In this document: positions 1 to 12,485 of the stretch, in pieces
Numbering within the stretch: position 1 is the stretch's first letter
Layout: each line of letters opens with the position of its first letter
Position numbers and translations under genes: made by a program
The notes under the pieces: generated by a model
Databases searched by the model: none
Seen by the model: only the letters and a program-made list of their open reading frames with translations
Told to the model about the DNA's origin: nothing
Origin: Acanthaster planci
Lineage: Eukaryota
Direction of reading: 5' to 3'
NCBI RefSeq assembly: GCF_001949145.1
Contig: NW_019091360.1
Span: 3,036,864 to 3,100,863, forward strand
DNA length: 64,000 nucleotides

Positions 1-399
1 CAGATTAAAATAATAGAACGTGTAAGATTCTCTTCAAGGCTTTTTTCTCTCTTTTGGCAGGCGTCCATTTCCTCGTCCGATCTCGCATTTCCTTATCTAC
101 GTGTACCTCAGGCTTACAATTACATGGCACATCTTACTCAACTGTCACAGTTAGAAACTGTCCATTTTTCACAAGATCATATCAAGATAGAGCATAGAAG
201 TCAATCCTTTCTAAATGGGAATCAACAGCTGTTTTCATAATTCCCCCAAGTTCACTACTTCCCTCATAAGTTTGGACATTAATACTCAGTAAGTGTGGGG
301 GGTTACAAGCCCTTGGCCAGAGGCCAAAGATGAAAGTTCATCTACCAGTATACATATGTTTACATTTGTCCCGGTCAGGTCGATCAGGTCAGGGTCAGA

Positions 400-3300
400 G
401 CACAAAGGGTGCAGATGGCGCTGTGCGATCCTCTGGAAGATCTGCCATCTTCTACTCGCTGTGGTCTATAGAGGCGTCGGCAAGTGACACAGTTCTGAAC
501 CACCTGTGCAACTGCTCTGGACCCTTTTACAACCCAGAAACCACGTGCTCGCATTTCATTCTGAGTGATGCCCTTTCCTTGGTGTTGAACCTTTCGATGG
601 AAATGTCAAATGAGTGCAAGCATGATGGCACTGTCGCTTAGGAGAATGACTGGGTGTCCCATGTCATTAGGGAGTTGTGGAAGTCTACCCCCTACCCTAA
701 GGGGTTCCCGGGCCATTGACATATGGATCAAGGTCACGGATCCTGCTTGTGTTCTTCACAACCTTGCCCTCCGTCAAAGTCTGGACCTCTTCAGAGAATG
801 CTTTCCTTTGCACCAACTGCAAGAAGTAGGCCTCTGCCTTCTTTCTCTGTTCCACCAATGACCCTCGTTTATCACCCATTACCACCAGTCGCAGACAAAC
901 CAATACGCTTATCATCCTGGGCCAGTCTGAGATCTTTGCCAAGCGCTTCAGCAAGTCAAAGTGCTCAGGATTGGTGTTGCCTACAAGGAGACTTGACTTA
1001 ACCTCGGGATTCCCAAGCTTCAGTTCTGGAGTAATATCTTCAAGTCTGCGATCTTTATCCCAGAAAAACTGTGGCCCTTGGAAGTATCAAGCCTCCTTTA
1101 CACTTTTCCAGCACTGAGTCTTCTTGATGCATGATCAGCAGGGTTTTGATCTGTGGACACGTAGTGCCACTGATTGGAAGAGGTCCTTTCTCTGATGAGA
1201 TGCACTCTACTGGCCCCGAACGTGTGGAACGTTCGGGCCTCGTTATTGAGGTACCCCAATAAAACTTGAGGATCTGTCCAGAAGAACGTTTCTGCATCCT
1301 GCAGCTCTAGCTCATTTTTTAGTAGAGTGCTCTTCTTTGCAGACACCACTGCAATGGTCAACTCTAATCTAGGTACAGTAACTACCCTGAATGGTGCAAC
1401 TCTGGACTTCGCGAAGACAAAGCTGCAATGAACATATCCTTTATTGGAACTGAAACTCCTTCAAATTGTGGTAGCTCTTCAAACCATTGCTCCCATGCAG
1501 GTCACAGGGTTTGAGGGATCTCCCCAACCTATTCCACAGCTGCACATTTCTTAAAGGATGTTTTTTCCTTTGAGTACCACGGGTCATACCACGAATGCCA
1601 CGCCTTGAGCTGGGCTGCTTCTTGTGTGAAATTTTGAAGCAGAGTTGGTCAGATGAAATGTTCCACCAAATCTCTAGCCCTCTTTCCAGTGGTTCATCAA
1701 ATTTGAGGTCCAAGCCAGTGACATCGATGGAGCACTCTGACTCAGGAATGTCTTGCTGTTTGATACAAACTTGTGGAAACATAGGTCGTCCCTCTTTCTG
1801 AGGTCGATAGCTTCTGTGGCCAACTGGATGGCTTTCTCGGCAGTTGGAATGCTAGTGATACCATCGTCAACATAGAAATATCTTGCTCTGAAACTTGAGG
1901 CCAAAGGAAAGTCCTTCTTGTGTTCCTCATGATAGATGTCTCAGGCCATAGTTCGTACACCCGGGCGAGGATGCTGCGACTTGTGTCATCGCCCTCCCAT
2001 CAGAGGAAGCGTAGGTAGTCCCGGTGATCTTCTGTCAAATGGAACTGAAAAAAACATTTTCTCTATGTCGCATATAACAGCCACCTCATGTCGCCTGAAT
2101 CTGAGCAAAACTCCCATCAAGGCATTTTTAAGGTCAGGGCCTTTCAGGAGATGATCATTCAAACAAGTGCCACCAAATTTCATGAACAGTTGAAAAATAC
2201 CCTGATCTTGTTGCTGTAGCGATGATAAACACCATGATGTGGGATGTAGTTTGTTGAACCTGGAGGTCCTTCTTCTTTTGCCCTTTCGGCATAGCTCTTG
2301 TCGATTATCTGTACCATGAAGGCCCTGTAGTGTTCCTTGTAGCTTTCATCCCTTTCCTTTTTCCTTTGGAGGTGGTTGAGTCTCACTGCTGCTAGGCGCC
2401 TGTTGTTTGGCATCTCCGGCATTTTCTTAAGGGGCAGTGGCATTTCAAGGTGACCGTACTTGTTCCCAGTAAGACCTGCTTCCAGAAAATGGATGAATTC
2501 AATGTCCTCCTGGGAGAGGGCTACTTCTTGGCATGGCTTCTCAGGGAAATCAGCCTCCAGGGCCTTAAGTACATCCTTGGGTCTGGTTCTAGGCAACTCT
2601 CACGTAGCAATTCTACCACATTGACTAGCGTTGATGCTGCTTTCTGGGTTTGCGAGCCATCGATACTCCATCCCAAGTCTTTCTGAAAGGCATATGGTTC
2701 CACATCGTTGCCAGTGATGACCTTTCTTTGAATCAAAGCTCTGGGACAATGTATCCGATCAACAGCCCCACTTCATAACTTTGCATAGCCAGCATTTCTC
2801 CAGCGATCTCCTGAAGGTGCGGCCACTTATCCGCAGTATCTCTTGTTGGAATGTGATCCCTGTCTGCCGGAATGAAGTCATGTGTACAGCACTTCAAATC
2901 TTGAGCTGAACAGGAGTCATCATCCCTCTCACTAGTACATCGGAGAATGCGTAACATTCAATGGTGGTTGAAGATGTCATCGTGGACAACTGTAGTCTCA
3001 AGAGCTGTTGACGCACGCCAAGAGCAGCTGCTACATCTCCTAAAAAGAAGGAGGCATCGCTCTGGGTGTAAAGCAGGGCATATGCTAGTGTCTCCTTTGA
3101 TGGTGATTGCGCTGAGGATACCCACACAGGTACAATCATGGCTGTGCTGGTAGACTTGCCGAAGTGCAACTTGTGAGAGTTGGTAGAAGCTTGGTCAACT
3201 CTACTTTCCTGTTTAGAGGACTGAATTAGAACATTTGCATCACCAGTACCTGATCTCCACTCATGTATAGATGTGGGATGACTCTTACTGCATACTTTAC

Positions 3301-5960
3301 ACTTGTGTCGTCTCTTGCACTCCTGACTCTTGTACTGATCGCAGTCTTTCAACTGATGGTCTGTACACGCGCACAGGCTGCAACGTTTTGCAGTTTGTTG
3401 GCAAATTTGGTGTCCTGAGCCTGCTTCAGCTGTTGTTCCTTACTCTTGACCGCGAACGCTGAGCCCTTCTTACTTGAAACCTTGTCCTTAGCCTTAGAGT
3501 CCAACTTTCTTGGTGACTTGTTAATCTTCAACGCTTCAAGAGAGGAGACGGCATTATTGGCAATCCGGGATTCCTTTAGCATGAAATGCACGAACTCCTG
3601 GAACTTTGGGTAGACTCCACCTTTCTCAATAGCATCTGCGACTTGCCTGCTCCATAGAGCAGGAAGCCACTCTAGGAGCTGACCAAGCAGCCTCTGATTC
3701 TCCAAACAGTCGCTCAACACCTCCAGAGCCTCAACATAAGGCACTGCATCCATGCAAGTCTTCAAGAAGACTGCAAAGCTTAAAGGTGCCCTCCCATCTC
3801 TTGAAGCGATCTTTGGCCAGTTGTTCAGCTTCTTGCAGAATGCCCTTTGTACTTCAAAAGGAATGGCCAAATCTCTTATGAGGGTCTCCCAAGTACTTGC
3901 ATATGCTTCTTCAAAGTTGCCATAGAAGAATACTTCAATTAATTGCCTGTTTGCCTCGCCTGTCACATACTGCTTAAGTTAACACAGCTTTTCTGTAGGT
4001 GGGATTTTAGAACTGATCAGAGTCTTGAGGCTCCTTTCAAACTCAACGAATTCAAGTGGGTTACCATCAAATGTGCATGGCACAGGACCTGGAGCGAAGC
4101 ATGTTGTCTGCCAGGACTTGCACAAAATGTTGAGAGTCGAAAGGTGAAGATGACACAGAATGGTAATCAGCAGGGGGGGGGAGAGAACGGGCCTGATGTC
4201 TGGAAGAGTTGCCTGCTTATCAGCTGTTACAGCTGTAGGGTTTTCTTTACCTTGAGGACTTTCGTGATTGTGGAGTGGCTATATCTAGCTAAAATCAATA
4301 GCTGGTGACTTGAAACAGCCAACAAATGGTGAAATCAAACATACAATGCATAGCTTGCCAAACATTACAAGAGATTCTCACAATTTGAATGTGAAGCAAC
4401 ATGCAAGAAAGCATTGAGCATCAAAATTGAGTTTGATACAAATGTGTACACCTTGTAAACTTTAAGTGAACAGAACATGAACATTAAGGAGAAAAGAAAT
4501 CGTTCACCAACTTTGTACGCTTTATTAAATGGGCCATTACAGCCATACTTTCATCAAAGTGTGCCGATGAACCAACTATAATGTTTTCTCCACATACATG
4601 TACATAAAATTTCACAATCCCCCCAAAACCTGTGAGCATTCCTCATGAACCAGCTTTAATGCACAATAAGTATTTCAAACTGCCCACAGAAAGTGGTTGT
4701 ATTTATAATATTTCAACTCCTACAGTTCAATGTTCCAGCCTGTTTGACGGTGGGATACATGCAGTCGAGTCCCTGCCACTGTTGACTCAGGTCTTCTTGT
4801 TAGCGGGATGACCACTGTGGGGGGTGCTTTGCTTCAAACTTGAATCGGGTCCACATGAGTTGCTCTGGGTACAACATTCCCTCTGTGTGGGTTCAATTAC
4901 CTTAGTCAGGTTCTTGTATTGGCGAAAGTTTACTATGCTTAGCTCCCAAGCCAGGCAAGGAGCTTTACTTCCATAAGCAGACAAGTGTTCTGCTTCATTA
5001 GGTTAGTGTTCTTACTGTGCCTGCCTCCACCAATAACGAGTTGATCGGAACACGTTCTCTTACAGACATGTCATGTTCTTTATTCACTTTTGGCCTGTGT
5101 CATCCTTTTGGTTCCTCAAGTATTTCACAGGCTGAATATAACGAGTGAATTTCTAATACCGAATGCCAATGAAAGCCAAAAGATGAGTTTCAAACACCGA
5201 ATTAGGTGTTTGTACAGGTGTACAGGTGCAACAAATACAAGCAATATGCATATAAGAAAACATGCAGTGCTTCAGTACTGCAACAATTAGCTGTGATTCG
5301 TAAACCTAGAGCAGCCCCATACATGTGAATTGATCTCAAATGTAAACCAGTGAGATTGGCAAATAATGCATGCGACTTATACAGACAACTTTGAGACATA
5401 CAACTTCAATTTCCATCCAAGCTTCATGTCATCAGTAATTTGTGCTTACATGCATAACACTTAATATTGATTCAGCTTAAAATATGCAGCTAAGTTATAT
5501 TCAATTTTTGAAAGTGAAGATGTAGGTGGCGATAAATAACTTACGAAAGTACAAGTAACAGTATATGGCAATGCATTTGAACGTCTATCACTGCCAGTTA
5601 AGTTCAGACTTCAGTGCTTATATTATAGATCGCAAGCTACATGTACATGTAACTTACCGATACATAACACTATACACGCACATGATTCAACGTGACACCG
5701 CTTTCCACAGTGTCGTGGTATCGAAGGCAGACCAAAATAGCGACTCTAGTGAAGCCGGTCAAAATTGTTGTCTGTTGTTAATATGTGGTTCATAACTTTG
5801 ATCAATTACACCTTCTAAGCTGCAACTTTCATTCTACGATGCGGTCATAACGTCAGAGCTGTAGGCTGCCATATTGGCTGCGGCCCGCTTAAATAGTATT
5901 ACATTGGTGCACTTCCGAGAAAAGTTGTATGGCGCGCCAACAGACGCGAAGTTACATTAC
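400..5960 (-). mobile_element. Degenerate, 3'-truncated BEL/Pao LTR retrotransposon in intron 1 of the PAH paralog
   Basis: Frameshifted gag-pol fragments on the minus strand: gag with Cys-His knuckles (about 4100-3250), protease AYALLYTQSD (catalytic Asp mutated to Tyr), RT (YIPHHGV, LNDHLLKGPDL, CDIEKMF, FYVDD near 1865), RNase H (FWTDPQVLLGYL, VSTDQNPADHASR), and an integrase Zn finger (H...H...CVTC, about 480-600). The integrase core and 3' LTR are missing. Confidence 0.92.
5016..5960 (-). repeat. Probable 5' LTR of the BEL/Pao element
   Basis: On the minus strand it ends ...GGCACA followed by GTAAGAAC at 5016/5015, with AATAAA at 5084-5079. TG starts are possible at 5903 or about 5960, just before host-intron homology resumes at about 5987. 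The outer boundary is uncertain. Confidence 0.5.
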
Positions 5961-7513
5961 AGTGCTGAGCGCCGCGCCGACGGCTAAATGGTGACAAATA
6001 GTCCTTTCCTGAGAGAAAAGGTATGGAACTTTGGGTCGGTTGGGTGTCCGTCTAGCCAGTTCCATATATTAATTAGGTTACAATCAGGATTAAACTAAGT
6101 TCTAAAGTGAGGCTATAGTTACAGCACTTTAGATTGGTTGCTGTCTGCGTCTTTTGCACAAATCTCTGCCAGATTTTATTTCCCTTTAAATACTCATCCC
6201 GCGGTATCTACATGTACACAGATGTACCCCAAAAAGAGGAAAATATCTGTGAAAGTAAATGTCGTATTCTTGTGGGGGTTTTCCTGATGATATACCCCAT
6301 ACATTTATTTGCAAAGGACGTTAGTTATGACAAAGACGATAAAGCTAATAATAGAAAGGTGTTTTTAAGTGATATGGAGCCATTTTATGCAACATCGTCG
6401 TTAGAATCCAGTACCGAACCTTCAAATATCATAAACTGATTTTTATCGACACCATCGAACCCTACTGAATTCTACAATATTTGAATATCAACTGGAACTT
6501 CGTTTAGACAATGACTTACTGTGGCAGAATAAAATCACAGCGAACCATATATTAAGGTCGGGAATCTGGCTTTAAAAAACTTTCTAGGCTAATGACCATC
6601 CGGGTGGCCATTAGTTCAACCCTGGCGTCAAATTTGTCATTCACATTCTTGTGAAAATCCCGGTTGCAAGAATATCATGATTTGTTTTGCACGAAGAGAG
6701 GAAATAAACGAATTTTCACTGCTCGAACAAGGCTACTGCATATTTGATTACATAAGACAATCGACTAACAAAATAATTCCATCAGACGTCTCGTTCCCAT
6801 CACAAAAAAAGGCTTGCTGGCGTTTAGTGCACGACCCTGAACAGTAAGCAAAACTAAGTTGTGGAAGGAAACATAAGTGAGTGGCCACGAACAAAAAGCT
6901 GGAAACAGCTAGCGAAAAGCTGAAATTTAAAAAGTATCCACACTTTCGTATCGGGCAGGTACACAAAAAAGCTGATTTTTGAGGAAAAATCTAAAAGGAA
7001 AATACTCAAACTAAGCAGAAAAGCTGAATTCTCACACCACTGCCTATAGTGGCTTATCAGCCATTAGAAAATGATGACAGGTCAAAGTCTGCAGTGAAAA
7101 CATCAAAGCATTTACTTAAAAAATACTTGAAATTTTTCAGACAAAACTCGCAGGATTTGTGGACAGGGTGTCAAGTGTTTGTAATGTATATCATCAATGA
7201 TGGGGGGTTCTCTTTCTAGCATTGGATTTTTGACTGAAAAAAAGAGGGAAAGGGGAAAAATGAAAAACAAAATTGTGCTCATTTCGGGGCTCGAACCTGG
7301 GTCCACATTCTTGCTGGTCAGTGTTAGCTCCAAGTTCGTAAAAACAAATTTTACGCAGTTCTGTACCGGTAAGTTCGTGCACGGTTCGTGCAAGGGCCGC
7401 ACTCAACTTCTCAAGAACATGACACTGAGTGTGCGTCAGCTCAGACTGACTAACGAATTTACCGATGTAACGGTGGAATCTTCCAAGAGTCACTTTTTTT
7501 CCAATCAACTTAC

Positions 7514-7582
7514 GGCATCATCCTCTGAACGGTTGGTTTCCAGTCGCCGTTCAAGTTGCTTTGCTGCCGGCTCACCATCCAT
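7514..7582 (-). CDS. Exon 1 of a tandem PAH-like paralog (MDGEPAAKQLERRLETNRSEDDA); the gene continues beyond the left edge
   Basis: Clear homolog of PAH exon 1, with intact ATG, a frame-preserving 6-nt indel and a phase-0 GTAAGT donor. Flanking intron-1 and promoter homology: 1-270 vs 40213-40432, 278-398 vs 41072-41187, 5987-6267 vs 42488-42773, 6876-7727 vs 42823-43765, 9650-10355 vs 43766-44362. Confidence 0.8.
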
Positions 7583-7727
7583 TTCCCCCTTTCAACTTCC
7601 AAGTACAGCCGAATTTGCAAACAGATCCTCTGCGGACACTCTCAAAGCCGAGAAATAGGGATTTTCGCTTTGCCCGTCAAGTTTCAGCACGTCAAGGCCA
7701 AATTAGGCTACGCTCCGCAGTCTAGAG

Positions 7728-9630
7728 TATGGTGTACTATTTACGACACACATTTTTTTTCTCTCTCTTGGCGATGAAACTACAGGACGCGACGGCTCGA
7801 CGGCTCCCTTGCGTCGCGCCGTCGAGTCGCACTGGACGCGTCGCCTTCTTGCCTTTGCGTTTGTACACGCGCGTCGCCTTGTGCCGTCGCCCGTCGCGTC
7901 GTGCTGTCTTCCGTCCTTTCTTTGTTGCATTTTTTCTGCCTAAACATCGCTCCTTCCGTCTCCCGCTCCATCGCACCGTCGTGCGTCGCATCGCCGACTA
8001 CGTCGCCTGAAGCACAACCCGACGCACGACATGACGCATGACGCGACACGTCGCGTGCTGTCTCCCTTTGCGTCATGGTATTTATAGAGGGCGCCTTTAC
8101 TGTTGCCTTTCATTTCCGTCCCTCGTGCTTGCGTAGTAGGCCTACATGCTATTATTCGCTCTTTGCACGCTGCCGCCATTGGCATGCAGAGCCTCGAGGT
8201 AGCACCTTGTACAGTCGCGTCAGAAACCGTCAACGTAGCTTTGTCCAATCGTATGGTATACAATGGTAGAAAAACTGACGCAGCATGCCCAAATTACTAA
8301 GCAACACACACGGGAATCATTGTGTATAGCTACCAGACCGAGGCTCTGCATGCCTATAGGCGGCAGCGTGCGAAGAGGAAATAATTAAGTAGAGGGTCTT
8401 GTTTCTGTTGTTCTTTTTCATGCATTCTTTCTAACTTTGTGTTTTCATTAAGAGTGAGTTGTTAAAGAAAAAGGGGTTTTTTTGTTTGTTTGTTTTTCAA
8501 TCAAATGTAATTTAAAAGAGCGTCACGACCAACAGCAGCATTGTCTTCAGGAAATAAATAACATCAGCCACAACGCAAGCCACAACGTTTTAGCTTTTCC
8601 TGCTCTAATTTGGTCTTTCTAATAATTATTTCTAATTCAGTTCTAAGATACATGTACATACATCAATCATTATTAGGTGTTTGCCAAACAGAGTTGAAGA
8701 AAGGACACGGCCACAATGACAATAGCGTCTGTACAATGTTTTATTCAGAAACACGAACTAATATCATTGAAAGTGTGGTGCTGATGAAGGTAACGAGGAA
8801 GACTGGCCTGAAGGAAGACTACGACGGAATATTCTGAGGGTATAATAGAGCAGGCTCGGTGGTAGCTTCCTAAACCCGGGGTCAAATTTATGGCTGTAAA
8901 ATTGTAGACAAATTGTCTGGGAGACTGGGAGTACAACTTGAAAATTGCCGGGATGGACCAGAGAGAAAAACCGGTATCTATTAGTTACAAATCTACCACA
9001 AATGGGAACTTTATCGACGGTATTGAAAAGAAATCATTGGCTGGACAATTAAAGAGTGACAAATTCTGAGCTTCTACTTATTATGAGAGAGCAGTTCCGA
9101 CTTATGCGGATTTCTTTTTGCTTTTTTTTTATTTTTTCAATAAAATTTGAGAGAAATTAATCCTAGTTGATGAATGGATAAGATAAAAACAAGAAAAAAA
9201 TCAACACCAAAGAGCGAATAGCATGTACTTTGCCAGCACAGGGGACGGAAATGAAAGAAAACAGTAAAAGCGCCCTCTATAAACACCATGGAGCAAAGGG
9301 TGCCGGCACACCACGCGTCGCATCGTGTTGTGCATCGCGTCGTGTTTCAGGCGACGCGATGCACAACACGACGTCGCGTCGCACCGTCGTGCGTCGCGAC
9401 GGGTGACGGAAGGGGCGGCGTTAAGGCAGAAAAAATGCAACAAGGAAAGGACCTAAGACGACACAACGCACTACGCGACGCGACGTTTGTGTACAAACGT
9501 AATGGCAAGAAGGCGACGGTGCAAACCGACGGCACGACGTAAGGGAGCCGTCGTGCCATCGTGTCGTGTATTACATTGCCTGGAGGGAGGCTAGAGAGAG
9601 AGAAATGTGTGTCGTAAATAGGCGACCATA
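7728..9630. mobile_element. 1.9-kb non-autonomous DNA transposon with imperfect CpG-rich TIRs of about 430 bp and a 6-bp TSD (CTAGAG)
   Basis: Inverted repeats at about 7728-8165 and 9207-9630 (TATGGT...ACCATA ends). CTAGAG lies at 7722-7727 and 9631-9636. The equivalent site in the other PAH promoter (about 43755-43770) is empty. Confidence 0.85.
8150..8385. repeat. Internal inverted-repeat pair of about 60 bp (MITE-like) within the 1.9-kb element
   Basis: GCACGCTGCCGCC..GGCATGCAGAGCCTCG at about 8165-8196 is mirrored by CGAGGCTCTGCATGCC..GGCGGCAGCGTGC at about 8339-8371. Confidence 0.7.
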
Positions 9631-9679
9631 CTAGAGATATGCGCATATATCGCATGACGTGCGACGCAAGTGCGTGCGA

Positions 9680-10269
9680 TGATTCTGACTACTCTATGAA
9701 TCAAGGTTCCGGTATCACTCAATGTCCACGTGACCAAGACTGGAGGAATTCCTCCGTTTTTTCAGAAATAGCCGAAATATTCCGAAGTCGTCCCGTCTGT
9801 ATATCCGGCATGTTCAGATGGTACCGCTGATGTTCGGTTATTCCCGGCCGGGTAGGTAGGCGGGCTAACTGTTGAACGCCGTATGCTTCCGTATCCAAAC
9901 GGCAGCAGTTGATCCTACAAAGTACAATATTTGACTTTATACACTGAAATCGAAGGTCGCCTTGTCCGAAATGCCAGGCGAAATGCAGAATATAACTTTC
10001 TTCGACCAATGCAAGCTTAAATTTGTGACTGAAACATACTCTCAGTGAGGATACACTTGCAGTAGGCCTATTGCCCACTGCACCCCGGGATATGGGAAAG
10101 GCCTCATTTTTGAGATGTTGTCTCTAATGAATCAAAAACACCTGGGCTCTCAACTTGTGACCTCTGACCCTTGCGTCATATGTATTAATATCCGTGGGTG
10201 ATGTTTGACCTAAGATTTTTTATCAAAAGTCGACACGGAATCGTAATTATTAGGCAGAGAACCAGGCTA
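9680..10269. mobile_element. Insertion of about 590 bp flanked by the direct repeat CGTGCGA; one end reads TAGCCTGG (hAT-like)
   Basis: CGTGCGA at 9673-9679 and 10270-10276. The equivalent site at about 43790-43800 has a single copy. No matching left TIR was found. Confidence 0.6.
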
Positions 10270-10899
10270 CGTGCGACGTGCCTATCTTACCTAACCCGCT
10301 GAGAGGGGGCGCTAGTGTATTCTTCAGTGTGGGGGCCACTTTTTATGGTGCACCCCTGTAAGTACATTTCCATAGACACAAGTGCTAAATCCCCATACTT
10401 CAAACATTCTTTTAGAAATACTCACAACTTTCACGGGTGTCCATATGCTGCTCAGCAAAATAATGTTCAACTCGTCTTTCATTTTCCTTGCCATTTTTGA
10501 TGGGTTGACTTATTTTTTTTATTATTATAATTATTTCGCTAATTTCGGAGAGACTCACCTCGTAGGTTGCCCCTCGTGATACAGTCTGATCCACCTTTTG
10601 AAGTAATGGTTTCGTCTTCCATTCACATTCAAATTTAAATCAGTGCCCAGGTCCAGGCCAATGCACCCTGACTCCACCTTGTAACGTTGTCTCTTTGAAG
10701 CTTGAATCGCTGCGTCAGATCATGATTGGCGACGGTTTAGATTGGTTCTTGGGAAGGGTAATGAAAACTTTGCCTGTAACAAAAGGAGAAAGGAGGAATA
10801 GGGTCTCTTCTCCCTTACCTCATATAATTCTAATTACATTGCAGGTAAGTAACCTGTACATTATTGTCTAAGGTCATTGCTAAGCTTGTGCCCACCAAG

Positions 10900-11770
10900 T
10901 CGACTAGGTATCCTGCCTCCAGTCTCAACAGAACCTTCAACCGCATCATTGAAAACTGCCGGGCGGAAATCAAACGCCTTAAATTCAAATCAAGCCTGCA
11001 GTGCATCAACTTTTCATCGGCCGAACGCGAAGCACCGAGGTCTCTTTAAAAACGATGATTTCATCGTCATCAAGAAGGCGGACAAGGCTGGCGCTACGGT
11101 GGTCTGGCGTCAAGATTTGTATGTTGCTGAAGCGGAACGTCAACTGTCAGACGTTACGCTAAGGTTGACCGCGACCTTACACAAGAGTATCAAGAAATTG
11201 TTGCTAGCCCTGTCTGAGGTTTCATTGACTCTGGTGACCTCCCTCCTAACGCAACCAGACTAGTCGTTCCCAATCCACGCACGGCAATCTTCTACTTGCT
11301 ACCCAAAATTCACAAATCCAGAAATCCAAGGCGTCCCATTGTGTCTGCTTAAGGTTGACCCACTGACTTGATATCCAACTTTCTTGACACCATTCTAACA
11401 CCCACTGTCAAAACGCTCCCTAGCTATGTCAAGGATGCAAACCAAGCTCTACGTCTGTTCGATGAATTTGAGTTCCCAGGTTCATCTAACTTTCTCTTCA
11501 CTATGGATGTGAAATCGCTTTACACATCCATTCCCCACACAGGTGGTTTGGCTACGCTCAAACACTATCTAGATCTCCGCCAGCCTCAGGATCTTCCCAC
11601 CGGCACTCTGCTCCGTCTGGCTGCTCACGTTGAACAACTTCGCGTTCAACGGTGAGCACTACATTCAGACCAGTGGTGCGGCAATGGGCACACAGATGGG
11701 ACCAAGTTAGTTATGCAAGTCTGTTTGTTGGCCACATCGACGAGCACATGATAACCCGTCCCCAGTATCA
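10900..11770 (+). mobile_element. Penelope-like retroelement reverse transcriptase fragment, degenerate
   Basis: [72 protein letters not shown]. Stops and frameshifts present; truncated before YxDD. Confidence 0.88.
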
Positions 11771-12485
11771 GGGCGTCCGAATGACCTCCTTACTGACTTC
11801 TGTCGGAAAACGAACGATGATTCAAATGGATTTGTAAATACCTCAGTCTCCCTATTCAACAAGGTGCATTTTGACCGTGTATAATGCCCGTTGAGGAGTG
11901 GTTATGCCCGCTGCGTAAAACACGCACTGGGACTTGGATAAGAGACAGTTTACTTCATCCCTATTGGTCACGAGTCCGCATACGACGCAACACGCAGAAC
12001 GAGCCAGGCGCGTGCCAAACCATATACATACTTTTAAAAGGAATATACCATAAATGGACGGGGTGTTCGGGAAAATGAAAGTAAAGTTTTAGAACGACAT
12101 CGTTGCAAATCCATCATAATTATGTCGATTTCTTTTGACTCGCTGAATAAAAAGGTATTTATAAATGGGAATGAATATGTGCTTGGCCGGCCTTCAACTG
12201 ACGCTTAAGACCTTTCTCAGGAGAATAAACGCTGACAATGCCCTCGCCTGTAGTCTTGGTATCAAGACATTAGTGTTTGATAGCAGACACCGTGCATAGT
12301 GCGCCCCCTAACGACTCATAATTAGACTGTGCGCCAGCTTGTGAAGTAAAAACTAGTTGTACGAGGGCACTCTTCAACAGAAATAAACAACTATCGATCA
12401 CTGACGTCTTCGGCCGAGACTACCTCGCCTAGAGCTCGGGCATTAATCGCGTCCATTCTCCAAGCACATATTTATTTCCTTATTA

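Noticed and set aside
7703..8300. Overlapping Arg-rich ORFs on both strands, also at 9201-9655
   Set aside because: By-products of the stop-poor CpG-rich TIRs; no protein motif.
1..10330. A large CACTG-ended (CMC-type) transposon present in two copies
   Set aside because: The shared sequence contains PAH exon 1 and continues past the apparent CACTG end; it is a gene duplication, not a transposon.
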